Assembly (NCBI RefSeq): GCF_004010195.1
Contig: NC_057719.1
Location: 70,452,181 to 70,516,180 of the forward strand
DNA from: Chiloscyllium plagiosum
Lineage: Eukaryota
Direction: 5' to 3'
Length of the DNA stretch: 64,000 nucleotides
Shown here: positions 14,171 to 26,162 of the stretch, piece after piece
Layout of the letters: each line of letters starts with the position of its first letter
Numbering within the stretch: position 1 is the first letter of the stretch
Notes under the pieces: model-generated
Database searches by the model: none
What the model was told of the DNA's origin: nothing
The model's input: the letters and a program-made list of their open reading frames with translations, nothing else
Made by a program: the position numbers and the translations under genes

Positions 14171-14384
14171 GGTTGTTTCTCTTTGGAAAGGGAGGGGCAA
14201 AAGAATGCTGGTGACCAATATGTCTCTGTTGCATTCGGACCTGAGAAAGTTGTACATCTGTCCAGTGGGTGCCCTCTTTCCTTGGGAAAGCATTGATGAT
14301 TTTGTTCCTGTGAACACATCAGTTGTTACTTCAACAATATTGTAAAGTGTCAGTTGCTGAAGGCGTCTACAGTTCAAAGAAGCA

Positions 14385-14790
14385 AGAAAGCCTTGCATTC
14401 ACTTGACGGCTTTCATAACTACTGGTCTTCTCAATATATTTCCCAGCTCCTGAAATACTTCTTTTGAAGCGTAGTAAATGTAGAAAATGAGGCAACTGAT
14501 ATGCTACAGCAAATTACCACAAGCAGCATTGTAATAATGAAAATGCTTTTGAGACATTGATCATAAATAAATATTGGCCAAGGCAGGATGTCAGGAATAA
14601 TTTCCCTGCTTCCCTTTGAATTATTAGCACAGGATCTTTTGAACTCATTTCATCCAAAATGCAATATCTACAACAGTAAGGCACTCCCTCAGGACAGCTT
14701 TGGACCATCAGCCAGATTTGTGCCCACATCTTGGATTGGGATTTCAATTCAGAACTTTGTGCTTTCTCTACCAACTGGGCCACACTTAAC
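14385..14790 (-). mobile_element. Deu-domain SINE (SacSINE1/AmnSINE-like), decayed
   Basis: Reverse-complement similarity to the + copy at 27450-27856. Confidence 0.6.
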
Positions 14791-16609
14791 ACTCCCCCAT
14801 GGTTTCTGGTTTTAGTAACATGAAAGCCTCTCGTTGGGATAACCTGTGGTTTCTATAGGAGAAGTTGTCCTTGAGATGTTGAGTGCATGTTAATTTGCAG
14901 CAGATGGCTCTGTTCTGTTATAGCCTGTTTTATGAAGTGGAGGCGGCACCAGCAGAAATTCTCTGTGCAAGCTGTGGATCCAACAGCTAATTATTGTAAA
15001 GTCTAAGTCAGTTAGAGATCATTACATCAACATACATTGCCCTATGCAGTCTCCCCTTCGTTATTATAACCTGGCAGAGTGTTTGGCCCCTAATGAAAGT
15101 GGATTGGAATGGGAGTGGAACTATTACTGGACTCGGGATCCAGAGACCTTGAGACAGGAGTTCAAATCTCAGCATGTCAGCTAGTGAGATTAAATTCAAT
15201 GAATAAATCCTAAATAAAGTTCCAGTCTCATTAAATGTGAACAAGGTCAGTGTTTTGTGACAAAACTTTTAGTTTTAAATGGATGAGACCATGTTGTGAA
15301 TGGGATCTTTGTCTGATCATGTGCTATTCAGCATAACCTTTTAATAGCCATTTTTGTTTTTGAAAGCAGCTACAACTCAATACCATACCTTCAGTTTCTT
15401 CCCCTTCACAAGAGGTTTGTCAAGAAAAAGCCTCAGCAATCATGTGAACCAGATGTACCCAGTGTGGTGCCAAATTCTTTGAGTTACTCTTGCTATATGC
15501 AAGTTGGATCCTGAAATGTTCAACCTTTATATGGCCACAGTGCATCAAATAAATGTGAACATTGCTAAGCTGAATCATGTTTTTAACTTGACATATATCA
15601 GAACAGTAAGTAAAAAGTAAAGGAAAGAGCAGATAGGCTCTATATAGACATTATTGTCACTGACATTATTATGCACCTGTATTAAAAGGTGAATGCCAAT
15701 GTCTTTACCCAACCAGGAGCAAATGCTTCAGTATCAAAAAATGTTAGCCAATAATACGTCGCTGCTCTAAGGGACATCCATTAATACAATAAGACAATCT
15801 GCCACTGAACCAACAAAAAACACATTAATTAAAGGTGCAATGCAGTATGTGACAAACATTTAGAAAAAGACAGATGCGTACAAAAGGAGAATCAGAAGAA
15901 AGTGTTTCTTTGATGTGAGAAACTTGTAAATTGTCACTGACAAATGGATGGTAGAAAAGTAAAAAAATTCACAGGCCTCAGTAGAACTCTACGTAACAAA
16001 AGGGAGGAAAAAGCTTACAAAAGTACTTAATCCAATTCTAAAGATATATGGATTTCATACCCTGTGCCACAGATAAATTGAGAGAACACCCTCAAAACCA
16101 CTGGAGATATTTCAAATACATATTGCCTGCTAAAGAGATTTCTGCCAACATACTGATATAGTAGAGATTCTCACTAAGCTTGACTGGACAAATGTCATTT
16201 TTGAAATCAAAACATACCTTAAAATATGTTGCTGTAATAGATTCCTGACTTGTTTGCTCAGTTGCTTTGGAACATTCGGTGCTTGGACAAACAATAGTCT
16301 GATTCTTTATTCTCCACACACATAATGCATTTAATAACTAATGCCTTGCATGAAGTCCATATATCTTGCAGACTTGATGTGTAGATGACACTAACGCTCT
16401 GTCCACCCTGATGAGTGAAGCAACTCACCAAAAGACAGAGTCAAAATGAGCTCATCTAGCAGTTGTTCTCTTGGGTTATTGGCTGAAAAAGTTACCTATA
16501 TTTCTCTTTTCACAGATACTGCTAGACCTGCTGAGTATTTTATTTCCAGCACCTTAATCTGTATTCAAGGTTCATGACAATGGAATCGGGGAACATCATT
16601 AACTTGGAT

Positions 16610-16714
16610 CCAGCAACCTTGTGGCCTGGCATATCCCACACTTTACTATTACAATCAAGTCTGATTGGATCAACCAATCAGGATCAACCCTGATTCAATG
16701 AAGAGTGCAGGAGA
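16610..16714 (+). mobile_element. Old CR1-group LINE ORF2, piece upstream of the Tx1 insertions
   Basis: Reads 'HIPHFTITIK..DQP*FNEECRR', a PWFN-type EN-RT linker motif; resumes at 17951. Confidence 0.7.
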
Positions 16715-17596
16715 CACCTCTTCTCCCTCATTCACCCATCCTTAGCGTGCCCATTTGCCACCGGGTGGTGGGGATCCCCAGTGGAGGGCTCTCTATGCGG
16801 GAGTCCTCCCCCTTTCTCTTGAGGATCTGGGGTGGAGGGTGCTGCACGCAGCAGTCCCCTGCAACTGCAGATTGCGGTGGTTCACGGACTCCCAGCCCAA
16901 CTGCTTGTTCTGTGGCGCAGTGGAGTCCGTGAACCATGTATATATTGGGTGTGGGCGTTTGCACTCCCTTTTTGATTTTCTGAAAAACCTTCTCTGTTTT
17001 TGGCTGCACTTCAGTCCCACGCTCCTGATCTTTGGGCACCCGGTACGGAGGAAGGAGGGCAGGTCTGAAGACCTCCTCGTGGGCCTGCTCCTGGGCCTGG
17101 CCAAACTGGCCATCAACAGGTCCAGGCAGCGGGCCGTGGAGGGGGTCGTTAAGGCCGACTGCCTGCCCCTCTTCCGCGGTTACGTTAGGGCCCGGGTGTC
17201 CTTGGAGAAGGAGCACGCGGCGTCGACCAACACCCTGGAGTTGTTCAGGGAGAGGTGGGCGCCGCAGGGAGTGGAGTGCATCATTTCTCCCTCCAATTCT
17301 ATTTTGATTTAGTCCCTACCCTCCCCTTCACTGTTTTGATCACACAGCATTGCCCTTTGATGTGAAGGGCAGTGTTTGTGACTGGCCACCCGGGTGTTTT
17401 CCTATCTTCCTAGTGGTGGAAATTGAATAAGGATTCGTGCACTTTGTGTCTTTCACTGTGTCTCACACCTGCACACACACACCATGGGTGCTGGGGAAAA
17501 AATAAGTACTACCGCACTTAGGTGGTAGTGTGGGGGTTAAAGATTCGAAAAAAAAAGAAAAAAAAGAAAAAAAGAAAAAAGAAAGAAGAGAAAAAA
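16715..17596 (+). mobile_element. 5'-truncated Tx1-clade non-LTR retrotransposon, copy A
   Basis: GC-rich ORF2 C-terminus, 3'UTR and A-rich tail; flanked by AAGAGTGCAGGAGA at 16701-16714 and 17597-17610. Confidence 0.9.
16755..17312 (+). pseudogene. Tx1 ORF2 C-terminal fragment (zf-RVT CCHC zinc knuckle)
   Basis: Open 185 codons: DLGWRVLH...CLFCGAVESVNHVYIGC (Cx2Cx7Hx4C), LLLGLAKLAI..SR, FRERW; no true start. Confidence 0.88.
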
Positions 17597-17610
17597 AAGA
17601 GTGCAGGAGA

Positions 17611-17936
17611 AACTCTATTTTGATTTAGTCCCTGCCCTCCCCTTCACTGTTTGATCACACAGCATTGTCCTTTTTTGTGAAGGGCACTGCTTGTCACTGG
17701 CCACTCGGGTGTTTTCCTATCTTCCTGGTGGTGGAAATTGAATAAAGATACGTTCACCTTGTGTCTCTCACTGTGTCACACACCTGCACACACACACCAT
17801 GGGTGCTGGGGAAAAAATAAGCACTACTGCAGTTAGGCGGTAGTGTGGGGGTTATATTAAAAAAAAAACAGAGCATATCACACAACATTGCCTTTAAAAG
17901 AAACAGCAATGTTTAAGAAAAAAAAAAGAAAAAAAA
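17611..17936 (+). mobile_element. Tx1 copy B (last codons, 3'UTR, extended tail)
   Basis: Aligns to 17295-17540 with many substitutions; flanked by the same 14-mer (17597-17610 and 17937-17950). Confidence 0.9.
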
Positions 17937-19180
17937 AAGAGTGCAGGAGATCATTCCATGAAAGGTACCAGGCATACCAGTCTATCTTGTGAAGCTGTCC
18001 ATCTTGTAAAACTACAACACAGGATTAAAACTACAACAGAAGCAGCATGCAATGGAGAGAGTTAAGTAATTCCGCAATCAACAGATCAGATCTAAGCTCG
18101 CACTCTTGCCACATCCAGGTGTGAATGGTGGTGGACAATTAAACAACTCAATGGAAAAGGAGGCTCCTCAAATACCCATCCTCAGTAGTGGGAGAACTTC
18201 AGCACATCTATGCAACAGACAAGGCTGAAGCATTTGCAACAACCTTTGGCCAGAAGGGTGGAGTAGATGATCCATCTCAGCCTCCTCTAGTGGTTTCTCA
18301 GTTTCACAGATATCCATCCTCAGTCAAATATGATTCATTCCACATGATATCAAGATAAGGTTAAAGGCACTGGTTACTGCAAATACTATGTGCTCTGACA
18401 ATATTCCAACAATAGTCCTGAGGTCCTGTGCTCCAGGACTTGCTGTACTCCAAGCCAAGCCTTTCCAGTGCAGCTACAACACTGGCATCCACCCAACAAT
18501 GTGGAATATTGTCCTGCACTCAAAAATAAGGACATGTCCAACCCAGCTAATTGAATCTAGATTTGACCATTAGGTACCATCAACAGTGGTATCAAGCTGC
18601 ACTTGCTTATCAATAAGCTGCTCACTGAAGCTCAGTTTGGGTTCTGCCAGGATCACTCAGCTTGTGACCTCATGCCAGCCTTGGTTCAAAGAGCTGAATT
18701 CTAGAAATGAGGTGAAAGCAACAGCCATTAGCATCAAAGGCTCATTTGACCAAGTGTGGCATCCAGGAACCCTTGCAAAACTGGAATCAGTGGAAATAAG
18801 GGACAGGGGTGTTGGTGAAAGCTCTATTTGTTTGAGTCATGCCTGTCACAAGGAATATGGATATGGTTATTGGAAGTCAGTCATCTCAGTTCCAGTACAT
18901 CTCTGCAGGAGTTCCTCATGGTAGTGTCCGAGTCTCAGTCATCTTCAGCTGCTTCACAATGACCTTCCTTCCCTCATAAGGTGAGAAGTGGGGATATTCA
19001 CCGATGATTGTACAATGTTCATCACCATTGGCAACTCCTCTGATACTGAAGCAGACAATGTACAAACGTTTGGAAAATGTCCAGGTTTGAGATGTCAAGT
19101 TGCAACTAACTTTGACCACTTCCAGCAAAAGAATCTAACCATCACTCCTTAATATTCAAGAACATTAACATTGCTGAACA
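17937..19180 (+). mobile_element. Old CR1-group LINE ORF2 (RT), continuation of 16610-16714
   Basis: 'LLTEAQFGFCQ', 'ISIKGSFDQVWH..LAKLES', 'GVPHGSV', 'FTDDCT' RT motifs with frameshifts; exact clade unresolved. Confidence 0.85.
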
Positions 19181-20386
19181 GCAAGAACAACACCAACAAA
19201 TTGGATCAGTCAACAGATAACTTTAAATTTGTCAAAGTAGTCAGGGGTCTTGAATTCCTCAGGAGAATTTTTGATTTTGGATTCAAGATATCATAGTTAC
19301 TGCATACCAATCCTGGAATTTGCAAATTGTGTGTGGGTTCTTAAATGTTGAGAAATAAAAATAAGATTGAAGTGATCCAAAGATGTGCTGCATGAACCGG
19401 TATAGGAAATATATAGTGCTGTACTCTTGGTCAATGGGAAGCACTCCACCAAAGAAGGAAGACACGTTGCCTGACCATGTTCTATAAAATGTGGAATAGA
19501 TTGATGTGAATTGACAGAAGCAAGAACCTGCTGCCATCCAGGTAATGACAATATAGCCATCCACATAAACTACAAAAATCATTTGCTTCCAAGGTAGTGT
19601 AATCAACAAACTTTCTTCAAAAAGGACAAACCTACAATGGAACAAGCTGCCAAAGGAAACAAGCAGAGTTCCATTCACTTGAAATTTTCAAAACCAATTT
19701 TCAGATTATTATACATGTATCAGTTTTTCTAGTCAGGATTACTTTCGCAGCAGGAAATACCTGGTTGAGTCAGCACTACCCACAAACATGTTGGTGCAAC
19801 ACAAATATTAGTTTGTAATGCCGACACAACAGAATTGAAAACAGAAATTGAATGTATGTTTAAGAGTGCAGGAAGAGCACAGGATTTTTAATACACCAGG
19901 ACTGCCTAAATTTCGGTACACTGTGCTTAGAAACTTGAAAATCAAAACTCACTGGTAGGTTGTAGGTTTAAAGGTTGCTGAAAGAAACAAGAAGGAAAAA
20001 GCTTGCACTTCTGCAAAGTGATTTGAAAATATAACTGATTAAACAGACACACTTAATAATCTGCCAGCATTCAGCGTACCAAAATGAACACATCAAAAAC
20101 GAACTTCACTCCATTGATCTGGTACATAATTCCAAATGTGCTGAAGGGAGCTATCTTAGCAGGAGCTGCTCTTCTGGGTTTGATGCTTGAAAACTGAAGG
20201 ATCGAAGCAGCCTCATCAGAGAGGTTGCTTTGTGCACTATGATGGGATTAAGTCATTTCCATTTCTGTCATGAACGGGGCCTGCTCCTTACTGCAAAAAT
20301 AAGATGTAATGAAAATACATGGGGATAGATCCATAAGCAACTGCGATATCCAGTTTGTATGCACTCACTGATCTGTCCTCAACTTA

Positions 20387-22423
20387 TGGCAGGATTAAGC
20401 ATATTGTCAACATGTCAAATCATCTGTTCGACTGATTTTATGACATTAAGAGTCAGTTACTTGACGATCCTTCCACGATTAGCTGATTTTGAAAAGTTAA
20501 GTTGGATGTAAATCAGAAAGGAGGCTAGTGCATTTGAACAGCAACTATGTTCTTTCCATGTACAAAAGGGCCGTTGAGTCCTGCTGCCATCTCCTGACAG
20601 GCAAGGTACACTGCAGTCTCTGAGGACTGTGTCCTCAAGTGCCAAATTGGGCTGCTGGGTTGAAGCTGTTTTTGGCTAAGTTTGAGTTGTGTTGAATTTT
20701 TTCAGAAGGGTTATCGCCAGAAGGGCAAGTGAATTTTCACACTGCATCCTACCAAACTTGCATCATTAATTACCTGCTTCATACCCATGGTGTTTCCATG
20801 TCTGTTTCTGGCCCCACCGTATCATGCACTGTTCCTGAAACAAGTCACCAGTCAGTGGTTAAGCTAGAATTCACTGGCATCTCTTGCACCCTCAACATCT
20901 TTAAAAGCTTGATGGGTACCCAATGAAGCTCCTGTCAGTCTGGAGCTGCCCTGCATAGTTGCTGGCATTTGGCCAGGACAAGGAGACAGTGGAATATTGG
21001 CACTCTGTTTTTCAGACAGGGTCATGGATGTCCTACTGGATGAAGCAGCACACAGGCAAGACTTCCTCTTTCCCATGATCAGCAATGGAGGACATAACAC
21101 CAGATCACATTAACCTGGGCTGAAGTTGCCAATCAGGTTAAAGCAGTCGTAGGTATTTGGAGAAATACCCAGCACCACACAAAGAAGGCCAATGTTCTTC
21201 TCCACTCTGACAATGTAAGTGTCACCATCTTCTCTCTGATCCCTCACACCCACTCTATCTCTGCTACTGTATCCATCTCCCACCAAGGACCATTGCCTAT
21301 CAATCTTACCATTGCCTGCAACATTTTCTAATTCACTTCAACACATGCCACCGGTTTCCTGCAAGCCCTCCGCGGTGCCCACACTCTTGCTGGGAGACCA
21401 TCGACATGCATCAACAGTATTAGCTGTGCCATCCAGCATTGTCTTCTGTAATACCTGCCTCACTCTCATTCCATCAGGAAAACAGCACACGTTAGGCCAT
21501 GTGTGTCAAGGTGGGGGTGTGCTGCCCACCATTTAGCTCATTTCTTCTTATGAGGAAATGATCCTGACTGACTAACCCAAGCAGAGCCTGATAGATATTG
21601 GAGGCTGCTCTTCACTTACTGTGCGAGGAATCCCTGAGCAAAGGCTATCCCCCTGACCTGACTGGGACCTGCTGACAACTGTGATAAGTTTCCTGGCTTT
21701 GTGTCTGCACTAAGCCAAATGACAAGGCAGGAACAATATGAGCTCATATCTCTGTCTGAGGCAACTAAGAGCAAAAAGGCAATGCAAGGCATGGATGCAG
21801 TAAGCAGCCAGGTTGGGTGAATTGAGTAAGTGTTATTAGAGCAATTAAAGAATCCAGCATTGCAGCCTGGTTCAATCCATGATCTGGATGAGTGCACTTG
21901 AGCACACAATGCCCTGCTGCGGCATTACAATGTTAGTTACTGGTGCAGCCCAAGGTACAGCACTGACATGCAGAAGCATCCTATAAGTGGATTGGAGATG
22001 TGCCATAAGTGTTCCTGGAGGCTGGCACATGTCAGATACCAATGTTCCTGCAAATGTGATGCTTCTTGCTGGTGTCCCAAGATGTTGGCACCCTGCTTCC
22101 AATGGAGGCAATTTGGAACAAGCAACAAGGTACGTCTGCCAGTGCTTACTTTGGTTTCCTTGTCAAGTTTTCCCGATGTCTTGCTCATTTGGTGAGTTTT
22201 GGTAAGATAGGAGCCTGAATATTAATGAGATGAGTTGTGGCACTATCAAGGCATTTAACAAGCATTAATCTCCATCAGTTGCCTCATGAAAATCTCATCA
22301 CACTGCTTGTGAAAACCATAAAAGATGGTGTGAGTTGCTCCACAACACTGAGGTGAGCCTCACTGCACAATCACCCATCTTCCCCATAGCCCACTTTGAG
22401 CAAACCTTTATACGATTCTGCCA
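20387..22423 (+). mobile_element. Decayed PIF/Harbinger element with Myb/SANT-like gene remnant
   Basis: Myb/SANT-like exons (next feature); short imperfect inverted ends tggcaggatt (20387) / gattctgcca (22414); boundaries tentative. Confidence 0.55.
20991..21565 (+). pseudogene. Harbinger Myb/SANT-like DNA-binding gene, two exons (20991-21214; from 21478)
   Basis: 'FSDRVMDVLLDEAAHRQDFLFP', frameshift, 'TWAEVANQVKAV..RNTQHHTKKANVL', donor gtaagt at 21215; acceptor ccatcag at 21477, then 'GGGVLPTI*LISSYEE'. Confidence 0.65.
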
Positions 22424-22982
22424 CTGTCTTCTGCCCACCTCATGGAGCATGTGGCAGATTTGAACCATGAGAGAAGAAGAGGTGCAGTGTTACTCGTGCC
22501 CATATATTCAATACCATATTTTCACCTGGGGCCCCTTTTCACATTGCCGTTATTCACTACCCAAAGCCAACCTTAGCTTTGCTAAAGAGTAAAAACATAA
22601 ATCTGTTCTAGATCTTCATAATGAGTAAAACATTATTTGGCCCATAAGTACAAATTTACCTTTAAACACTTTCGAAATACCTGAACTCTTATCCCTGTTC
22701 TAGTTCCTTCTCTTCTACACAAATACTTATTTGTGATTTTGATTATGGTTTACTGAGAGTTTGGCAATGGTTTAGAGTATAAGTTGTAAATATACTGACC
22801 AGACTTTTCATTATAAAACAGTGGAAAAATAAAACAAAGCATTTTGTTTGTTTAAACATGGAAACCTGTAGCTTTATTCTCTTAGTAAGTGTCTGGAATC
22901 TCAAATTATGCTATATACTGTTGCCTAACCATAATATTAATTTGGTGATCTCGTCTGAGACCATAACTATTAAATAATCTAG

Positions 22983-23056
22983 GAACAAAATTACTGCTGA
23001 TGCTGGAATCTATACTGAAAACAACAAATGCTGGCAATCCCAGTGGGTCAGACAGC
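22983..23056 (-). mobile_element. Penelope-like terminal fragment
   Basis: actgctgatgctggaatc...aaatgctgg...gtcagacagc resembles the other Penelope tails in the window. Confidence 0.55.
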
Positions 23057-23921
23057 TAAACTATTAAATTATCATTGGCTTTAGTGATAAACAAACAAAC
23101 ATCCTCATCAAACTCCTGTTCCAATTATAGGTGGTTCTGATTACCTTGGTGGCTCTATTCACTGTTTCCATTTTCCCCATATATAGATTTGAGAATCTGC
23201 CCAGTCTTCTCCAAAATTTTTCAGGAATGTCAAAAGCTTAATTCAGTCAACTCTGTTGAAGTTTTTTTTTAAAATCTACGAAACAAACATAACTCCTGTG
23301 CTAACTCTAAACTGTTCTTATTCATTTATTATATCATGCCATTGCTTCTCTTATTCCTCTTCCTTTCTGGAATCCAAACTGGTCTCTGGCTTTGTTCTGT
23401 CACTTACAACCCATTTTCCAGTTACAACACCCAGCACAAACTTTGATGCATGGATGGTCAGATTAAACCACATGATAAATCAAAAAATAAACACACCTTC
23501 GGCTTTTTACCTGGGCAATCATTATGGTCTACATGACAGTCTTTGGCCAAACATTCAGGAAGAATAATATCTGCAAATGGAGGATAAAGAAATAAGTGAA
23601 AGAATGGCAGCAATAGGAAAGGCTGGAGTTAGTAAGATAAGATGATTACTAACCGAAATAGAATAAAAAACATTTCAATGCTTAACTTGTAAAGCTCTTG
23701 ATTTGGAGTGTTATTTTGCAACAATGTGAGACATGGGCATTATGGGAGGTGGATACCAACTTGCTAAATAAATTTGAAATGTAGTCTTGCAACAAGATGT
23801 CAAGGACCTGCTGTACTGAAAAATTACCAAAAGGTGTAGTTCTGTAAGGAGTGAATGAACAAATAAATTAATTGAAAATACAAAAAGGCAGAGAGTCAAA
23901 ATAGGCACATTTTAAGAGGAA

Positions 23922-24166
23922 GAGTGTGGTGCTGGAAAAGCACAGCAGATCAGGCAGCATCCTGATAGCTGCCTTCCCCCCCAGCCCCACCCCTCCCATT
24001 TATCTCTCAGCATTCCCCAACACCTCCTCCTCACATTCCTGATGAAGAGCTTATGCTCGAAATGTCAACTCTTCTGCTCCTCGGATGCTGCCTGACCTGC
24101 TGTGCTTTTCCAGAACCATACCTTTTGACTCTGATCTCCAGCATCTGCAGTCCTCACTTCCTCCAT
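23922..24166 (+). mobile_element. Penelope-like pLTR fragment with 5' inversion and 13-bp TSD
   Basis: 23922-23961 is the reverse complement of ~24084-24122; TSD attttaagaggaa at 23909-23921 and 24167-24179; contains a hammerhead motif. Confidence 0.85.
24035..24070 (+). ncRNA. Minimal hammerhead ribozyme motif of a Penelope pLTR (partly decayed)
   Basis: CTGATGA (24039) - a - stem II gagc/ttat/gctc - GAAA (24059) - tGTC. Confidence 0.7.
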
Positions 24167-24381
24167 ATTTTAAGAGGAAATTGACTTGTAAGAGACGTTA
24201 TGGAGGAAGACATCAAGGAGGAAGAGGAAGGAAGGGAACAAGGTTAAATGGTTTGTAAATTTGAAAATGAAAAGACTGGTACAGGACATGGAGACAATTA
24301 TCAGCCAATGTCTTGCTTCAAACAGAACACGCGTAAAGTTGAGTCTTTACAACAATTATAAAAAGAACTGCACCATCAATA

Positions 24382-24731
24382 CGGCAGCATGGTGACTCTG
24401 TGATTAGCACTGCTGCCTCACAGCACCAGGGATCCAGGTTTGATTCCACCCTCAGGCAACTGTCTGTGGAGTTTACACATACTCCCCATGTCTGCGTGGG
24501 TTTCTTCTGGGTGCTCCAGTTTCCTCCCACAGTCCAAAGATCTGCAGATTAGGTGGATTGACCAATCAAAATTGCCAAAAGTGTCCAGGGATGTGTAAAC
24601 TAGGTGGATTATGGCAAATTCAAGGTTATAGGGTCGGAGGGTGGGTCTGAGTTGGATATGTTTCTCAGGTCAGTGTGGATTCAATGGGCTGAATTGCCTG
24701 TATCTGCACTGTAGGATTGTTTAATTCTATA
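24382..24731 (+). mobile_element. HE1-type V-SINE
   Basis: tRNA-like head (tagcactgctgcctcacagc...ggtttgattcc), V-domain ctccccatgtctgcgtgggtttc...ttcctcccacagtccaaaga, CR1-like tail. Confidence 0.9.
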
Positions 24732-25204
24732 ACATTTGCTTTTCATCAGCTGATGCTAATACCAGGGACCTCTCGTAGACCAAAGTGACTTACAAAAAGG
24801 ACAAATACTGACCTAAAATAGCAGCTGTGATCACCTGACCACAGATTGAGGTAAGCTTCATGAAACCAGTTCATCCAAAGACAATGAAGAAAGACAACTA
24901 CATCAGAAACAAGAAATTCAAACCATGGTTAACTTACACTTGCATGATTATTTGATCTATTGGGAGTATGAAGCCTCTGAAACTCAGAAATATACAAATG
25001 GACTTACATCAAAAGCTGTCTCTGAGCAGCAGAACAAAGACAAGGAAAATGGATTTGTACGCAAGAGCTGGAAGATATTCTTTATGCCTGTCTTTCGTTC
25101 TACCCCAAAATTCACTGACCAGTGAAAAAAAACTCGGAACAACAACTGTACGTTGTAAACTTAAGATCTACAAAATTTACTACTGCTGAAGGAAAAAGCA
25201 ATTG

Positions 25205-26162
25205 CTTTTCATCATTCACATAAATGATTTGGATGTGAATCTAGAAGGCATGGTTAGTAAGTTTGCAGATGACACCAAAATTGGTGGTGTAATGGACAGT
25301 GAAGAAGATACTCAACAGTACAACGGGATCTTGATCAGATGGGCCAATAGACCAAGGAGTGGCAGATGGAGTTTCATTCAGATAAATGTGAGGCATTGCA
25401 TTTTGGTAAGGCAAATCAGGGCAGGACTTAGAGCTAGTGGTGGGGCCCGGGGGAGTGTTGCCAATCAAAAGGACTTAGGGGTGAAAGTGCACAGTTCCTT
25501 GAAAGTGGAGTCGCACGTAGACAAGCTGGTGAAGACGACATTTGGCATGTTTACCTTCATTGGTCAGGACATTGAGTATCGGAATTGGGATATCATATTG
25601 TAGCTGTACAGAACATTGGTGAGGCCACTTTTAGAATACAGAGTACAATTCTGGTCACCCCTCTATAAGGAGGATGTTGTTAAACTTGAGAGGATGTAGA
25701 AAAGATTTGCAAGGATGTTGCCAGGATTGAAGAATTTGAGTTAAAGAGACAGGCTGAATAGACTGCAGATTCTTACCCTGGAGTGTTAGAAGCTGGGGGG
25801 TGACTTTATATATGTTTATAAAATAATGATTGTCATGGATAGGGTGAATAGCCAAAGTATTTTACTCATGGTAGAGGAGACTAAAACTCGAGACTATAGG
25901 GTTAGATGAGAGGGGAAAGATTTAAAAGAGGACCAGAGGTGTAACTTTTTCACGAGTATGGAATGAGTGCCAGAGGAAGTGGAGGAGGCTAGGACAATTA
26001 CAACATTTGTAAGGCATTTGGATGAGTACATGAATAGGAACAGTTTAGAGGATGTGCACCAAATATTGGCAAATGGGACAAAGTCAGATTGGGATGTCTG
26101 GTCGGCACGCGTGAGTTGGACTGAAGAGTTTGTTTCCTTACTGTATGACTCTATTACTCTAT
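25205..26162 (+). mobile_element. 5'-truncated CR1 LINE
   Basis: 'FIIHINDLD..SKFADDTKIGG' through the 3'UTR and tatgactcta tail. Confidence 0.92.

Noticed and set aside
16397..16440. CTGATGA with a gtga/tcac stem inside a ctctgtc/gacagag hairpin, as a hammerhead
   Set aside because: GAAA is replaced by CAAA and no valid stem I/III topology exists.
16728..17307. Antisense and alternative-frame ORFs over the Tx1
   Set aside because: Shadows of the GC-rich Tx1 ORF2.
20250..20310. Minus-strand acceptor followed by KEQAPFMTEMEMT* as a terminal exon
   Set aside because: No homology, partner exon or other support.
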